Shown: positions 18,364 to 26,805, counted from the first letter of the stretch. The stretch: DNA of 64,000 nucleotides from Thermus sp. (GCF_039793865.1 NZ_JBAMMI010000085.1:1101-65100), one strand, 5' to 3'. A program made the numbers and translations. The notes: a model not told the origin generated them from the letters alone.

Positions 18364-20536
18364 CCAGCACCTCCCGCAAGGGGGCCTTCCAGGCCGTGAG
18401 GAGCTCCTCCACGCCCCACTCTAGCACCCCGTCTGGGGTGAGGACCGTGAGGCTTGGCCCGCCCGTCTCCCCCAGGACCCGGTAGGGGAGGCCCCTTTCC
18501 TCCAGGAAGAGGGTGGCCTCCTGGAGGCGGGCTTTCTCCACGGTGAAGAGGATGCGGCTTGGGGCCTCGCCGAAGAGGGCCTCGAGGCCCTGGGAGCGCA
18601 CCTCCACCGTGGCCCCCACCCCGTGGGGGAAGGTCATCTCGGCGAGGGCCACCAGAAGCCCCCCCTCCGCCACGTCGTGGGCGGTCCGGGTGAGGCCCCT
18701 CCCGATGAGCTCCCGGATGGCCTCCTGCACCGCCTTCTCCCGCCCGAGGTCAAGCCTCGGGGGGTGGCCGAACTCCCTCCCCGTGAGGAGGTAGAGGACC
18801 TCGCTCGCCCCAAGCTCCCCCCTTTCCTCCCCAATGAGGAGGAGGACCTCCCCCGGGCGCCTAAAGCCCATCTCCGCCCGCTTGTCCACCTCCAGAACCC
18901 CCACCACCCCCACCATGGCCGTGGGGGGGATGCGCCGCCCCCCGCTTTCGTTGTAGAGGGAGACGTTCCCGGAGACCACGGGGACGCCTAAGGCCTCGCT
19001 CGCCTCCTTGAGCCCGGCGAGGGTCTCGGCGAGCTCGTGGTAGCCCTCGGGGGTCTCGGGGCTTCCCAGGTTGAGGCCGTCGGTGTAGGCGAGGGGCCTC
19101 GCCCCCACCACGGAGACGTTCCGGCAGGCCTCCGCCAGGGCGTGCATGGCCCCAAGCCGGGGGGAAAGGCGGCTATACCGGGGGTTCTGGTCCACCTTGG
19201 CGGCCACGCCGAGGCGGGTCCCCTGGATCCATAAGACGGCGGCGTCCCCCCGGCCAGGGAGGAGGGCGGTGCGGGTCCCCACCTGGTGGTCGTACCGCTC
19301 GTAGACCGCCTCCCGGCTCGCCAGGTTGGGGGAGGCGAGGAGCCTCTTTAAGACCTCCTGGGGGTCGGCCTCCAGGGGGGGGATGGGGGTTTCCCGGAGC
19401 CTCCTTATCTCCGGGTCCTCCCGCCCCACCCTCACGTAGGTGGGGGCCTCGGCCAGGGCCTCCGTGGGCACCTCGGCCACCACCTGGCCCCTAAAGAGGA
19501 CCCGGAAGACCCGCTCCGGGATGGTCCTGGCCACGGGGACGCAGTCTAGGCCCCACCTCCGGAAGACCTCCTCCAAGGCCCCTTCCTTCCCCTCCTTGGG
19601 CACCAGGACCATGCGCTCCTGGCTTTCCGAGAGGAGGAGCTCCTCTGGGGTCATCCCCGCCTCCCGGGTGGGGACGAGGTCCAGGTGGAGCTCCACCCCG
19701 AGGCCCGACTTGTGGGCGAGCTCCGAGAGGCTACTGGTGAGCCCCGCCGCCCCCATGTCCTGGACGCCTTCCACCAGGTCAAGCTCTATGGCCTCGAGGG
19801 TGGCCTCCATGAGGAGCTTGCCGAGGAAAGGGTCCCCCACCTGGACCGCGGGCCGGTCCTCGGCCTTCTCCTCCTTGAGCTCGCGGCTCGCGAAGGCCGC
19901 CCCGCCGATCCCGTCCCGGCCTGTTTTGGCCCCGGCGTAGTAGATGGGGCGGCCCAAAGAGGCCCGGCTTCGCTTCAGGCGCTCCTCCCTCAGGAGGCCT
20001 ATCCCCATGGCGTTCACCAGGGGGTTTTCCCGGTAGCCCTCGTGGAAGTAGAGGTCCCCCCCCACCGTGGGCACCCCGATGGCGTTGCCGTAGAAGCCGA
20101 TCCCCGAGACCACCCCCTTGAGGAGGTAGCGGCTTCTAGGCTCCTCGGGCGGCCCGAAGCGGAGGGAGTCCAGGAGGGCGATGGGGCGAGCCCCCATGCT
20201 CAGGATGTCCCGGAGGATCCCCCCCACCCCCGTGGCCGCCCCCTGGAAGGGCTCCACCGCCGAGGGGTGGTTGTGGCTTTCTATCTTGAAGGCCACGGCC
20301 CAGCCCTCGCCCACCCGCACCACGCCGGCGTTCTCCCCGGGGCCCTGGAGGACGGCTCCTCCCTCCCTGGGAAGCTCCTTGAGGAGGGGGCGGGAGTTCT
20401 TGTAGGCGCAGTGCTCGCTCCACATCACCTTGAAGAGGAGGAGCTCCACCCGGTTGGGCTCCCGCCCGAGCCTGCGGACGATCTCCCGGTACTCCCCTTC
20501 CGGGATCCCGATCTCCTTGGCCAGGGCTTCCATCAC
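18356..20536 (-). CDS. purL: Phosphoribosylformylglycinamidine synthase subunit II
   Basis: The SEHCAYK, ESHNHPS and DVAEGGL blocks are present in a 726-aa protein. The start is GTG 20536 or ATG 20533, overlapping the upstream stop. Confidence 0.95.
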   Translation of the reverse strand: MMEALAKEIGIPEGEYREIVRRLGREPNRVELLLFKVMWSEHCAYKNSRPLLKELPREGGAVLQGPGENAGVVRVGEGWAVAFKIESHNHPSAVEPFQGAATGVGGILRDILSMGARPIALLDSLRFGPPEEPRSRYLLKGVVSGIGFYGNAIGVPTVGGDLYFHEGYRENPLVNAMGIGLLREERLKRSRASLGRPIYYAGAKTGRDGIGGAAFASRELKEEKAEDRPAVQVGDPFLGKLLMEATLEAIELDLVEGVQDMGAAGLTSSLSELAHKSGLGVELHLDLVPTREAGMTPEELLLSESQERMVLVPKEGKEGALEEVFRRWGLDCVPVARTIPERVFRVLFRGQVVAEVPTEALAEAPTYVRVGREDPEIRRLRETPIPPLEADPQEVLKRLLASPNLASREAVYERYDHQVGTRTALLPGRGDAAVLWIQGTRLGVAAKVDQNPRYSRLSPRLGAMHALAEACRNVSVVGARPLAYTDGLNLGSPETPEGYHELAETLAGLKEASEALGVPVVSGNVSLYNESGGRRIPPTAMVGVVGVLEVDKRAEMGFRRPGEVLLLIGEERGELGASEVLYLLTGREFGHPPRLDLGREKAVQEAIRELIGRGLTRTAHDVAEGGLLVALAEMTFPHGVGATVEVRSQGLEALFGEAPSRILFTVEKARLQEATLFLEERGLPYRVLGETGGPSLTVLTPDGVLEWGVEELLTAWKAPLREVLDG

Positions 20537-21246
20537 GTGAGGAGGGCGAGGAGCTCCCGGTGGTCCTTCACCTTGGCCGTGGGCTTCACCTCCCCGTTCA
20601 CCTCCCTCAGGCCCACGTACTGGACCGCCCAGGGGTAGCCCGCCCCGAAGGCCCCCTTGATGCCCGTCTGGGGCAGGTCCCCCACGTGGAGGGCCTCCTC
20701 CGGGGCGATGCCTAAGGCCTCGAGGGCCACCCGGAAGGCCTCGGGCCTGGGCTTCACGAAGCCCGTCTCGTCGGAGAAGCTATAGGCCTGGAAGACGTCT
20801 AGGCCCTGCCGCTTGAGGTGCTCCCGGAGGAGGCGGCCCGGGGTCATGCCGGTGTCGGAGACCAGGGCCAGGGGGTACCGCTTGGCGAGCTCCTTCAAGA
20901 CCGCTACGCCGGGAAGGGGCTCGAGGTCGGCGAGGAGGGCGCTTTCCTCCAGGCGCCTTGCGGTGAGGGCGATGAGGCCGGGGTCGTGGGGGGCGCCGAG
21001 GAGGGCGAAGATGCGGGCCACCCGCTCGTAGGTGGGCATGTGCTCCCCCGCCTTCCAGGCCTCCTCAAAGGCCAAGGCCGCCTGGCGGTAGGCCTCCCGC
21101 ACCTCGGCCTCCTCCGCGGGGTGCCCCGCCTCGGAGAGGGCGTCCAGGAGGATCTCGTACCGGGCGGGCATGACCTTTTCCAAAAACGCCTCCCCCTCGG
21201 TGAAGAGGGTGCCCCAGAAGTCAAAGGTGATGGCTTTGGGTTTCAT
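20533..21246 (-). CDS. HAD-superfamily protein with atypical catalytic motifs, embedded in the pur operon
   Basis: HAD motifs I-IV are recognisable (ITFDFWGTLF, LALVSDTG, VKPRPEAF, HVGDLPQTG). Asp+2 of motif I is Trp, and the second acidic residue of motif IV is missing. ATGA/TGA overlaps join it to purQ and purL. Confidence 0.8.
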   Translation of the reverse strand: MKPKAITFDFWGTLFTEGEAFLEKVMPARYEILLDALSEAGHPAEEAEVREAYRQAALAFEEAWKAGEHMPTYERVARIFALLGAPHDPGLIALTARRLEESALLADLEPLPGVAVLKELAKRYPLALVSDTGMTPGRLLREHLKRQGLDVFQAYSFSDETGFVKPRPEAFRVALEALGIAPEEALHVGDLPQTGIKGAFGAGYPWAVQYVGLREVNGEVKPTAKVKDHRELLALLT

Positions 21247-21926
21247 CGCGCCACCTCTTCCACGAGCCCCAGGAAGAAGGGGAGCCCGTCGGTGTTGCCC
21301 AAGACCTCGTCCACGGCCCTTTCGGGGTGGGGCATCATGCCGAGGACGTTCCCCCTTTCGCTCACGATGCCCGCGATGTCGTGGAGGCTCCCGTTGGGGT
21401 TGTAATCGGCCTCCCCCTTGAGAGGCGCGTAGCGGAAGACCACGAGGCCCTCCCCCTCGAGGCGCGCCAAGGTCTCCGGGTCGGCGTAGTAGCGGCCCTC
21501 GCCGTGGGCGATGGGAAGCCTGAGGACCTGGCCCTTCCCGTAGAGCCGGGTGAAGGGGAGGTCGTTTCGCTCCACCCGCACCCCCACCTCCTTGCAGGTG
21601 AAGTGGAGGTTGAGGTTGGCAAGGAGCGCCCCCGGCAGAAGCCCCGCCTCGGTGAGGATCTGGAAGCCGTTGCAGACCCCCACCACGTACCGCCCCTCCC
21701 GGGCGAAGCGGCGCACCGCCTCCATCACCGGGCTCTTGGCGGCGAGGGCCCCCGCCCTCAGGTAGTCCCCGTAGCTGAAGCCTCCGGGGAGGAAGACCCC
21801 GTCAAAGCCCTTGAGGTCCCTCTCCGTGTGCCAGAAGAACTCCGCCCGGACCCCCGCCTTCGTTAGGGCGAAGCGGGCGTCCTCGTCGCAGTTTGCGCCG
21901 GGAAAGCGGACGATGGCCCACCTCAT
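21243..21926 (-). CDS. purQ: Phosphoribosylformylglycinamidine synthase subunit I (glutaminase)
   Basis: Class I amidotransferase with the nucleophile elbow GVCNGFQ and the PHPE motif. Confidence 0.95.
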   Translation of the reverse strand: MRWAIVRFPGANCDEDARFALTKAGVRAEFFWHTERDLKGFDGVFLPGGFSYGDYLRAGALAAKSPVMEAVRRFAREGRYVVGVCNGFQILTEAGLLPGALLANLNLHFTCKEVGVRVERNDLPFTRLYGKGQVLRLPIAHGEGRYYADPETLARLEGEGLVVFRYAPLKGEADYNPNGSLHDIAGIVSERGNVLGMMPHPERAVDEVLGNTDGLPFFLGLVEEVAR

Positions 21927-22177
21927 GGGAGTTCCTTCAGGGCCTCCAGGGCGTAGACCTCCATCACCGGGTTGGCGAGGGTTTTGCCGAACTCCAAGGC
22001 CTTCCGCTCCGCCTCCAGGAGGGTTTCCGCCGGGAAGACGATCTCCAGCACCTTCCCCACCCGCACGCTTTCCACCGGGTGGCCGAGGTCCTTTAAGACC
22101 CCCTCCACCGCCCGGCCCTGGGGGTCTAGGATGCCCTCTTTGAGCTCAATGAGCAGGGTGGCCCGGTAGCGCGGCAT
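21923..22177 (-). CDS. purS: Phosphoribosylformylglycinamidine synthase subunit PurS
   Basis: 84 aa counted from ATG 22177 (MPRYRATLLIELKEGILDPQG). The 38 upstream codons of the track ORF are Gly/Pro/Arg junk overlapping purC. Confidence 0.9.
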   Translation of the reverse strand: MPRYRATLLIELKEGILDPQGRAVEGVLKDLGHPVESVRVGKVLEIVFPAETLLEAERKALEFGKTLANPVMEVYALEALKELP

Positions 22178-22188
22178 ATGGCCCAAGT

Positions 22189-22878
22189 CTACCCCAGGAC
22201 GCGCCTCAGCACTTCTTGGTAGGCCTCCTCCACGCCGCCCAGGTCCTTGCGGAAGCGGTCCTTGTCCAAGGGCTCCCCCTTCTCGTCCCAAAGGCGCATG
22301 GTGTCGGGGCTGATCTCGTCCGCGAGGAGGACCTCCCCATTCGCCTTCCCGAACTCCAGCTTGAAGTCCACGAGCTCCAGGCCCCGCTCGGCGAAGAAGC
22401 CCTTGAGGAGCTCCCCCACCCGGAAGGTGGTGGCCTTCACCGCCTCAAGCTCTGCCTCTTCCGCAAGCCCCAGGGCGAGGACGGCGTTCTCGCAGATCAG
22501 GGGGTCTCCCAGGGCGTCGTTTTTCAGGGAGAACTCCAGAAGGGGCGTCTTGAGCGGGGTCCCCTCCTCCAGGCCGTAGCGCTGGGCGAAGCTCCCTGCG
22601 GCCCTATAGCGGAGGATCACCTCCAGGGGAAGGATCGCCACCCTTCTCACCCGCATCTCCCGATCGGAGACCTCCTCCAGGAAGTGGGTTTTCACCCCGT
22701 GGGCCTCGAGGTAGCGGAAGAGGGCCGAGGAGACCTTGTTGTTCACCACGCCCTTTCCGGGGATCACTCCCCGCTTCTTTGCGTTGAAGGCGGTGGCCTC
22801 GTCCTTGAAGTAGACCCTTAGGGTGTCCGGGCCTTCCCGGTAGAGCACCTTGGCCTTGCCCTCGTAGAGCTTCTCCAT
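22189..22878 (-). CDS. purC: Phosphoribosylaminoimidazole-succinocarboxamide (SAICAR) synthase
   Basis: MEKLYEGKAKVLY is the canonical PurC N-terminus. GAGGAGAGG lies just upstream of ATG 22878. An alternative ATG at 22917 would overlap the upstream stop as ATGA. Confidence 0.9.
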   Translation of the reverse strand: MEKLYEGKAKVLYREGPDTLRVYFKDEATAFNAKKRGVIPGKGVVNNKVSSALFRYLEAHGVKTHFLEEVSDREMRVRRVAILPLEVILRYRAAGSFAQRYGLEEGTPLKTPLLEFSLKNDALGDPLICENAVLALGLAEEAELEAVKATTFRVGELLKGFFAERGLELVDFKLEFGKANGEVLLADEISPDTMRLWDEKGEPLDKDRFRKDLGGVEEAYQEVLRRVLG

Positions 22879-22913
22879 GCCTCTCCTCAAAAGGGGCACG
22901 GGGCCCTTTGCCC

Positions 22914-23279
22914 TCATTGTAGCGGCAGGAGGCGAAGCCGCGTCTTTTCGGGGCCGATCACCGCTAGGGCTCCCCGCTGCAAAGCCTCGGAGAAGCGACT
23001 CAAGACTTCCAGCACCTGCGGTAGGGCCTCAGGGGGTTCTGTGTAGGGGAGGCGGAGGAGGATCACGCTAGGTCCGTCCTCTCCCGTGAGGGAGAGGAGG
23101 TGGCCGAAGTCCAGATCGGCAGTGAGGACCGTATAGCCCCGCTCCCTGGCCCAAGCGAAGAGAACCTCGTCGGGGGCGTTTTCCGGGCCCACGTCGCGCC
23201 ACCAAACGGCTTCGTACCCCGAGGCCTGGAGGGTTTCCCGCCAGCGCGGCGAGAGGTTCATGTCCACCAGGATCTTCAC
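22914..23279 (-). CDS. DUF5615/Mut7-C-type PIN-like domain protein (putative toxin)
   Basis: KILVDMNLSP...VLTADLDFGHLL matches the PIN-like DUF5615 pattern. GTG 23279 overlaps the DUF433 stop as GTGA. Confidence 0.65.
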   Translation of the reverse strand: MKILVDMNLSPRWRETLQASGYEAVWWRDVGPENAPDEVLFAWARERGYTVLTADLDFGHLLSLTGEDGPSVILLRLPYTEPPEALPQVLEVLSRFSEALQRGALAVIGPEKTRLRLLPLQ

Positions 23280-23503
23280 GGGCTCAAAGCGTGCTCTTCT
23301 TCCTCCAGCCTCCAAGCGGCGTAGGCCAAGGCTTCCCGGATGTCCTCGAGGGTAAGCTCCGGGTAGTCCCGGAGGAGGTCCTCGGGACGTTCTCCGTGGG
23401 CCAGCCGCCGGAGCAGGGCTGCCACCGTGAGGCGCATCCCCCGGATGGTGGCCTTACCGCCGAAGAGGCGGGGATCGTGGGTGATCCGGCTAAACAGGGG
23501 CAT
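23276..23503 (-). CDS. DUF433 domain protein (putative antitoxin/HTH-like partner of DUF5615)
   Basis: FGGKATIRGMRLTVAALLRRLAHGERPEDLLRDYPELTLEDIREALAYA is the DUF433 signature. The protein is 75 aa. Confidence 0.7.
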   Translation of the reverse strand: MPLFSRITHDPRLFGGKATIRGMRLTVAALLRRLAHGERPEDLLRDYPELTLEDIREALAYAAWRLEEEEHALSP

Positions 23504-23512
23504 GCCCCCATT

Positions 23513-24823
23513 CTAAAGCCCGAACCGGGCGTAGATGGCGTCCACGTGCCGGAGGAAGGGCTTTGGGTCAAAGAGGGCCCTTAGCTCCTCCCCCTTGAGG
23601 GGGTTTTCGGGGTCGGCCTCCAAAAGTTCCAGGAAGCTTTTCCTCTCTTCCCAGCTCCTCAGGGCGTTCCGCTGGACGAGGGCGTAGGCCCTTTCCCGGG
23701 AGAGGCCCCGGGCGATGAGGGCGTTCAGGACCCGCTGGGAGTAGATGAGGCCCCGGGTGAGGTCCAGGTTCCGCTTTAGGTTCTCCTCGTGGACCACGAG
23801 GCCCTTCAGGATTTCCTTGAGGCGCCTCAAGGCGTAGTGGGCCAGGGTGGTGGCGTCGGGGAAGATGACCCTTTCCACCGAGGAGTGGGAGATGTCCCGC
23901 TCGTGCCAGAGGGCGATGTCCTCCAGGGCAGGGGAGAGGTAGCCCCTTAAAAGCCTCGCCACCCCGGTGAGGTTCTCCAGGCCCACGGGGTTTTTCTTGT
24001 GGGGCATGGAGGAGCTTCCCGTCTGGCCCTCGTGGAAGGGCTCCTGGGCCTCGAGGACCTCCGTGCGCTGGAGGTGCCTTAGCTCCACCACCACCCGCTC
24101 CAAGTTGCCGCCCAGGAGGGCGAGGGCCGCCATGACCTCGGCGTGCCGGTCCCGGGGGACCACCTGGGTGGAGACGAGCTCGGGAAGAAGGCCCAGGCGC
24201 TGGGCCACGTGGGCCTCCACCTCGGGGGGGACGTGGGCGTAGTTCCCCGCCGAGCCCGAGAGCATGGCCACCCCGATGGCCTCCCTCGCCCGCTTGAGCC
24301 TTTCCTCGTCCCTTTGGAAGGCGGCGAGGAAGGAAAGGAAGCGGAGGCCGAAGCTCGTGGGCTCGGCGTGGACCCCGTGGGTGCGGGCGACGGCGGGGGT
24401 GCGCTTGTAGCGGAGGGCGAGGGCTCTAAGGCCCTCCTCCACCCCCTTTAGCTCCTCCAGGACGAGGTCCAGGGCCTCTACCAAAAGGGCGTTTTGCGCC
24501 GTGTCCACCACGTCCGAGCTGGTGAGGCCGAGGTGGAGGTAGCGGCCCACCTCCTCGTCTTCCGTCCACTCGGTGAGGGCCCGGGTGAAGGCCACGAGGT
24601 CGTGCCGGGTCTCGGCCTCTAGCTCGGCTACCCTCCGGGCGAAGGCCCCATCTAGGGGCCTTGCCTCAAGCTTGGCGAGAAGCCTCGCCGCAAGGCCCCT
24701 AGGCACCTCCCCCAGGGCCTCCCAGGCCTCGAGGGCGTAGGCCTCCACCCAAGCCCACATCCGGTAGCGGTTTTCCTCCGACCAGAGGCGGGCCATCTCC
24801 GGCGTCTGGTAGCGGGCGATCAT
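23513..24823 (-). CDS. purB: Adenylosuccinate lyase
   Basis: MIARYQTPEMARLWSEENRY N-terminus and the fumarate-lyase signature GSSSMPHKKNP. The start is set at ATG 24823, not the track start 24937. Confidence 0.95.
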   Translation of the reverse strand: MIARYQTPEMARLWSEENRYRMWAWVEAYALEAWEALGEVPRGLAARLLAKLEARPLDGAFARRVAELEAETRHDLVAFTRALTEWTEDEEVGRYLHLGLTSSDVVDTAQNALLVEALDLVLEELKGVEEGLRALALRYKRTPAVARTHGVHAEPTSFGLRFLSFLAAFQRDEERLKRAREAIGVAMLSGSAGNYAHVPPEVEAHVAQRLGLLPELVSTQVVPRDRHAEVMAALALLGGNLERVVVELRHLQRTEVLEAQEPFHEGQTGSSSMPHKKNPVGLENLTGVARLLRGYLSPALEDIALWHERDISHSSVERVIFPDATTLAHYALRRLKEILKGLVVHEENLKRNLDLTRGLIYSQRVLNALIARGLSRERAYALVQRNALRSWEERKSFLELLEADPENPLKGEELRALFDPKPFLRHVDAIYARFGL

Positions 24824-24908
24824 GCCCTTTAGGGTACCAGGGAACGGGCGAGCAAGCTGGAGGGGAGCGTATACCAACGGTTGTGGCCCCTCTAGGGGGT
24901 CGCAGACC

Positions 24909-25113
24909 ATGAAGACCCTGGGCGAGATCCGGCGCATCTTGGCCCAACAAGCCGGAGCTTCGGGCGCGCTTCGGCGTGCGGGAGCTGGCCATTTTCGGTT
25001 CCCACGCCCGGGGAGAGACCACCCCTTTGAGCGAAGACCTTGGGGTGGGAGATCCGCGGATTTGCAGGATCGCCTGGAAGCTTATGGGGCCTTCCCAGGG
25101 GGCCTTGCGGTAA
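24909..25113 (+). pseudogene. Frameshifted, truncated relic of a MNT-type nucleotidyltransferase (antitoxin of HEPN/MNT modules)
   Basis: Frame 1 reads MKTLGEIRRILAQQ. After a +1 shift at about 24951 it continues PELRARFGVRELAIFGSHARGETTPLSED..., the GSxxRGE core of the minimal nucleotidyltransferase fold. Similarity then decays, and a stop follows at 25111-25113. Confidence 0.5.
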
Positions 25114-25116
25114 AGG

Positions 25117-25131
25117 GTATAGACTGGGCCC
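25117..25131 (+). promoter_or_regulatory. Leaderless promoter module GTATAGACTGGGCCC directly abutting ATG 25132
   Basis: The 15-mer is identical to 44516-44530, which abuts GTG 44531. It contains the -10-like box TAGACT followed by a 6-nt spacer. Confidence 0.5.
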
Positions 25132-25791
25132 ATGGTCCGGGCCCTGACCTTTGACGTGGGGAACACCCTGATCCTGGCGAGCCCCCGCTTCTGGCTCCTG
25201 CCCTTCTTGGAAGAGAGGGGGCTTAGGCCACGCAGGGATCCCAAAGCGGCGGCCTTGGCCGCCTTCCGCTTCTACGAGGACCACCACCTCCTGGCCCGGG
25301 ACCTGGAGACCGCCTTAGGCCTCTGGCGGGAGTTCCACCGGAGGCTTCTTGCGGGGATGGGCCTCGAGGACCACGCCGAGGCCCTTTCCCAAGAGCTCGT
25401 GGCCCGCTGGAAGGACCCCGCCCTCTGGCCCCTCGCACCGGGGGCGGAGGAGACCCTAAGGGCCCTGAAGGCCGAGGGCTACCCCCTGGCCGTGGTCTCC
25501 AACTGGGACGCCACCCTCCCCGAGATCCTGGAGGTGGTGGGCCTAAAGCGCTACTTTGACCACCTCGCGGTGAGCGCCTTCTCCGGCTACGCCAAGCCGG
25601 ACCCCCGCCTCTTCCAGGAGGCCCTCCAAGCCTTAGGGGTAGCCCCGGAGGAGGCGGTGCACGTGGGGGACTCCGAGGCGGACCTCCTGGGGGCGGAGGC
25701 CGTGGGGATGCGGGCCCTCCTCTTTGACCCCCTGGGGGAAAACCCCAAGGCCCTTTCCCGGCTTCAGGCGGTGCTAGACTACCTCCCATGA
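25132..25791 (+). CDS. HAD-superfamily hydrolase (subfamily IA, REG-2-like)
   Basis: The motifs LTFDVGNTL, VVSNWD, AKPDPRLF and HVGDSEADLLGA are present. Confidence 0.8.
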   Translation: MVRALTFDVGNTLILASPRFWLLPFLEERGLRPRRDPKAAALAAFRFYEDHHLLARDLETALGLWREFHRRLLAGMGLEDHAEALSQELVARWKDPALWPLAPGAEETLRALKAEGYPLAVVSNWDATLPEILEVVGLKRYFDHLAVSAFSGYAKPDPRLFQEALQALGVAPEEAVHVGDSEADLLGAEAVGMRALLFDPLGENPKALSRLQAVLDYLP

Positions 25792-26153
25792 GCGTCCGGG
25801 AGGCCCTCTGGGGGGAGAAACGGGAGGCCATTGAGGAGGCCCTGAAGGAGGCAGACGAGGACCTCTTCCGCTACATCCGGGACTTCGCCTACGAGGAGGT
25901 GTTGGCCAGGCCGGGTCTGGACCTGAAGACCCGGGAGCTTCTCGCCATCACCGCCCTCATCGCCTTAGGAAGCCCCAAGGAGCTCGCCACCCACCTGGAG
26001 GGGGCCCTGAGGGTGGGGGCCACGGAAAGGGAGGTGCGGGAGACCATCCTTCAGGCGGCCCTCTTCTTGGGCTTTCCCCGGGCCCTGGCCGCCATGAAGC
26101 TTTTCCAGAAGGTGCTCAAGGGCCGTGGTGCTCCTCACGAGGGGGAAGGATAG
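25788..26153 (+). CDS. Carboxymuconolactone decarboxylase (AhpD-like) family protein
   Basis: LDLKTRELLAITALIALG ... REVRETILQAALFLGFP is the CMD-domain pattern. The start overlaps the upstream stop as ATGA. Confidence 0.8.
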   Translation: MSVREALWGEKREAIEEALKEADEDLFRYIRDFAYEEVLARPGLDLKTRELLAITALIALGSPKELATHLEGALRVGATEREVRETILQAALFLGFPRALAAMKLFQKVLKGRGAPHEGEG

Positions 26154-26805
26154 GGCGCTTCTCGCCAGGCTCGCCGCCCTCGGGATAGAGGCGGCGGAGG
26201 TGGCCCTCTTGGAGCAGGTGGACCTCCCCGCCCTCGCCCGCCTGCCCCAAAGGCTTAAGGAGGGGTGGGACTACGTGGCCGTGACCTCCAAGGAGGGGGC
26301 GAAGCGCCTCCTTCGGGCCTGGGAGGAGGCGGGCCGCCCCTTCCTCAGGGTGGCGGCGGTGGGGGAGGGCACGGGGAAGGTCTTGGCGGAAGGGGGGCTT
26401 TTCCCCGCCTTCGTGCCGGAAAGGGCCACGGCCCGGGACCTGGCCCAGGGCTTCCCCGAGGCGAGGCGGGTCCTCTTCGTGGCCGGGGATCTGGCGGGGC
26501 GGGACCTGGAGGAGGGGCTTAGGGCGAGGGGGGTCCTGGCGGAGCGCGAGGAGGTCTACGCCACCCGGGAAAGGGACCTCGCCCCCGAGGAGGTGGCCCT
26601 TTTGGAGCGGGCGGAGGTGGTGGCCTTCTTCAGCCCAAGCGGGGCCAGGGCCTTCGCCCGCTGGACGGGAAGGCGCCCCCAAGCCGCCGCCATCGGCCCA
26701 AGCACCGGGGAGGAAGCGAGGCGGTTCGGCTTTCCCGTGGTGGAGGCGGAAAGCCCGGGCCTCGAGGGCCTCTTCCGGGCCATCCTCCGGGTCCTCGGGC
26801 GGTAG
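26125..26805 (+). CDS. hemD: Uroporphyrinogen-III synthase
   Basis: Two-lobed HemD pattern (VLLTRGK, VAVTSKEGAKRL, AAVGEGTGKVL, VLFVAGDLAGRDL). It lies directly upstream of hemA. GTG start. Confidence 0.75.
   Translation: MVLLTRGKDRALLARLAALGIEAAEVALLEQVDLPALARLPQRLKEGWDYVAVTSKEGAKRLLRAWEEAGRPFLRVAAVGEGTGKVLAEGGLFPAFVPERATARDLAQGFPEARRVLFVAGDLAGRDLEEGLRARGVLAEREEVYATRERDLAPEEVALLERAEVVAFFSPSGARAFARWTGRRPQAAAIGPSTGEEARRFGFPVVEAESPGLEGLFRAILRVLGR

Noticed and set aside
24822-25154. 110-aa plus-strand ORF treated as an intact gene.
   Set aside because: Only its first roughly 14 codons after ATG 24909 look protein-like. The recognisable nucleotidyltransferase core continues in the +1 frame. It is interpreted as a frameshifted relic rather than a functional CDS.
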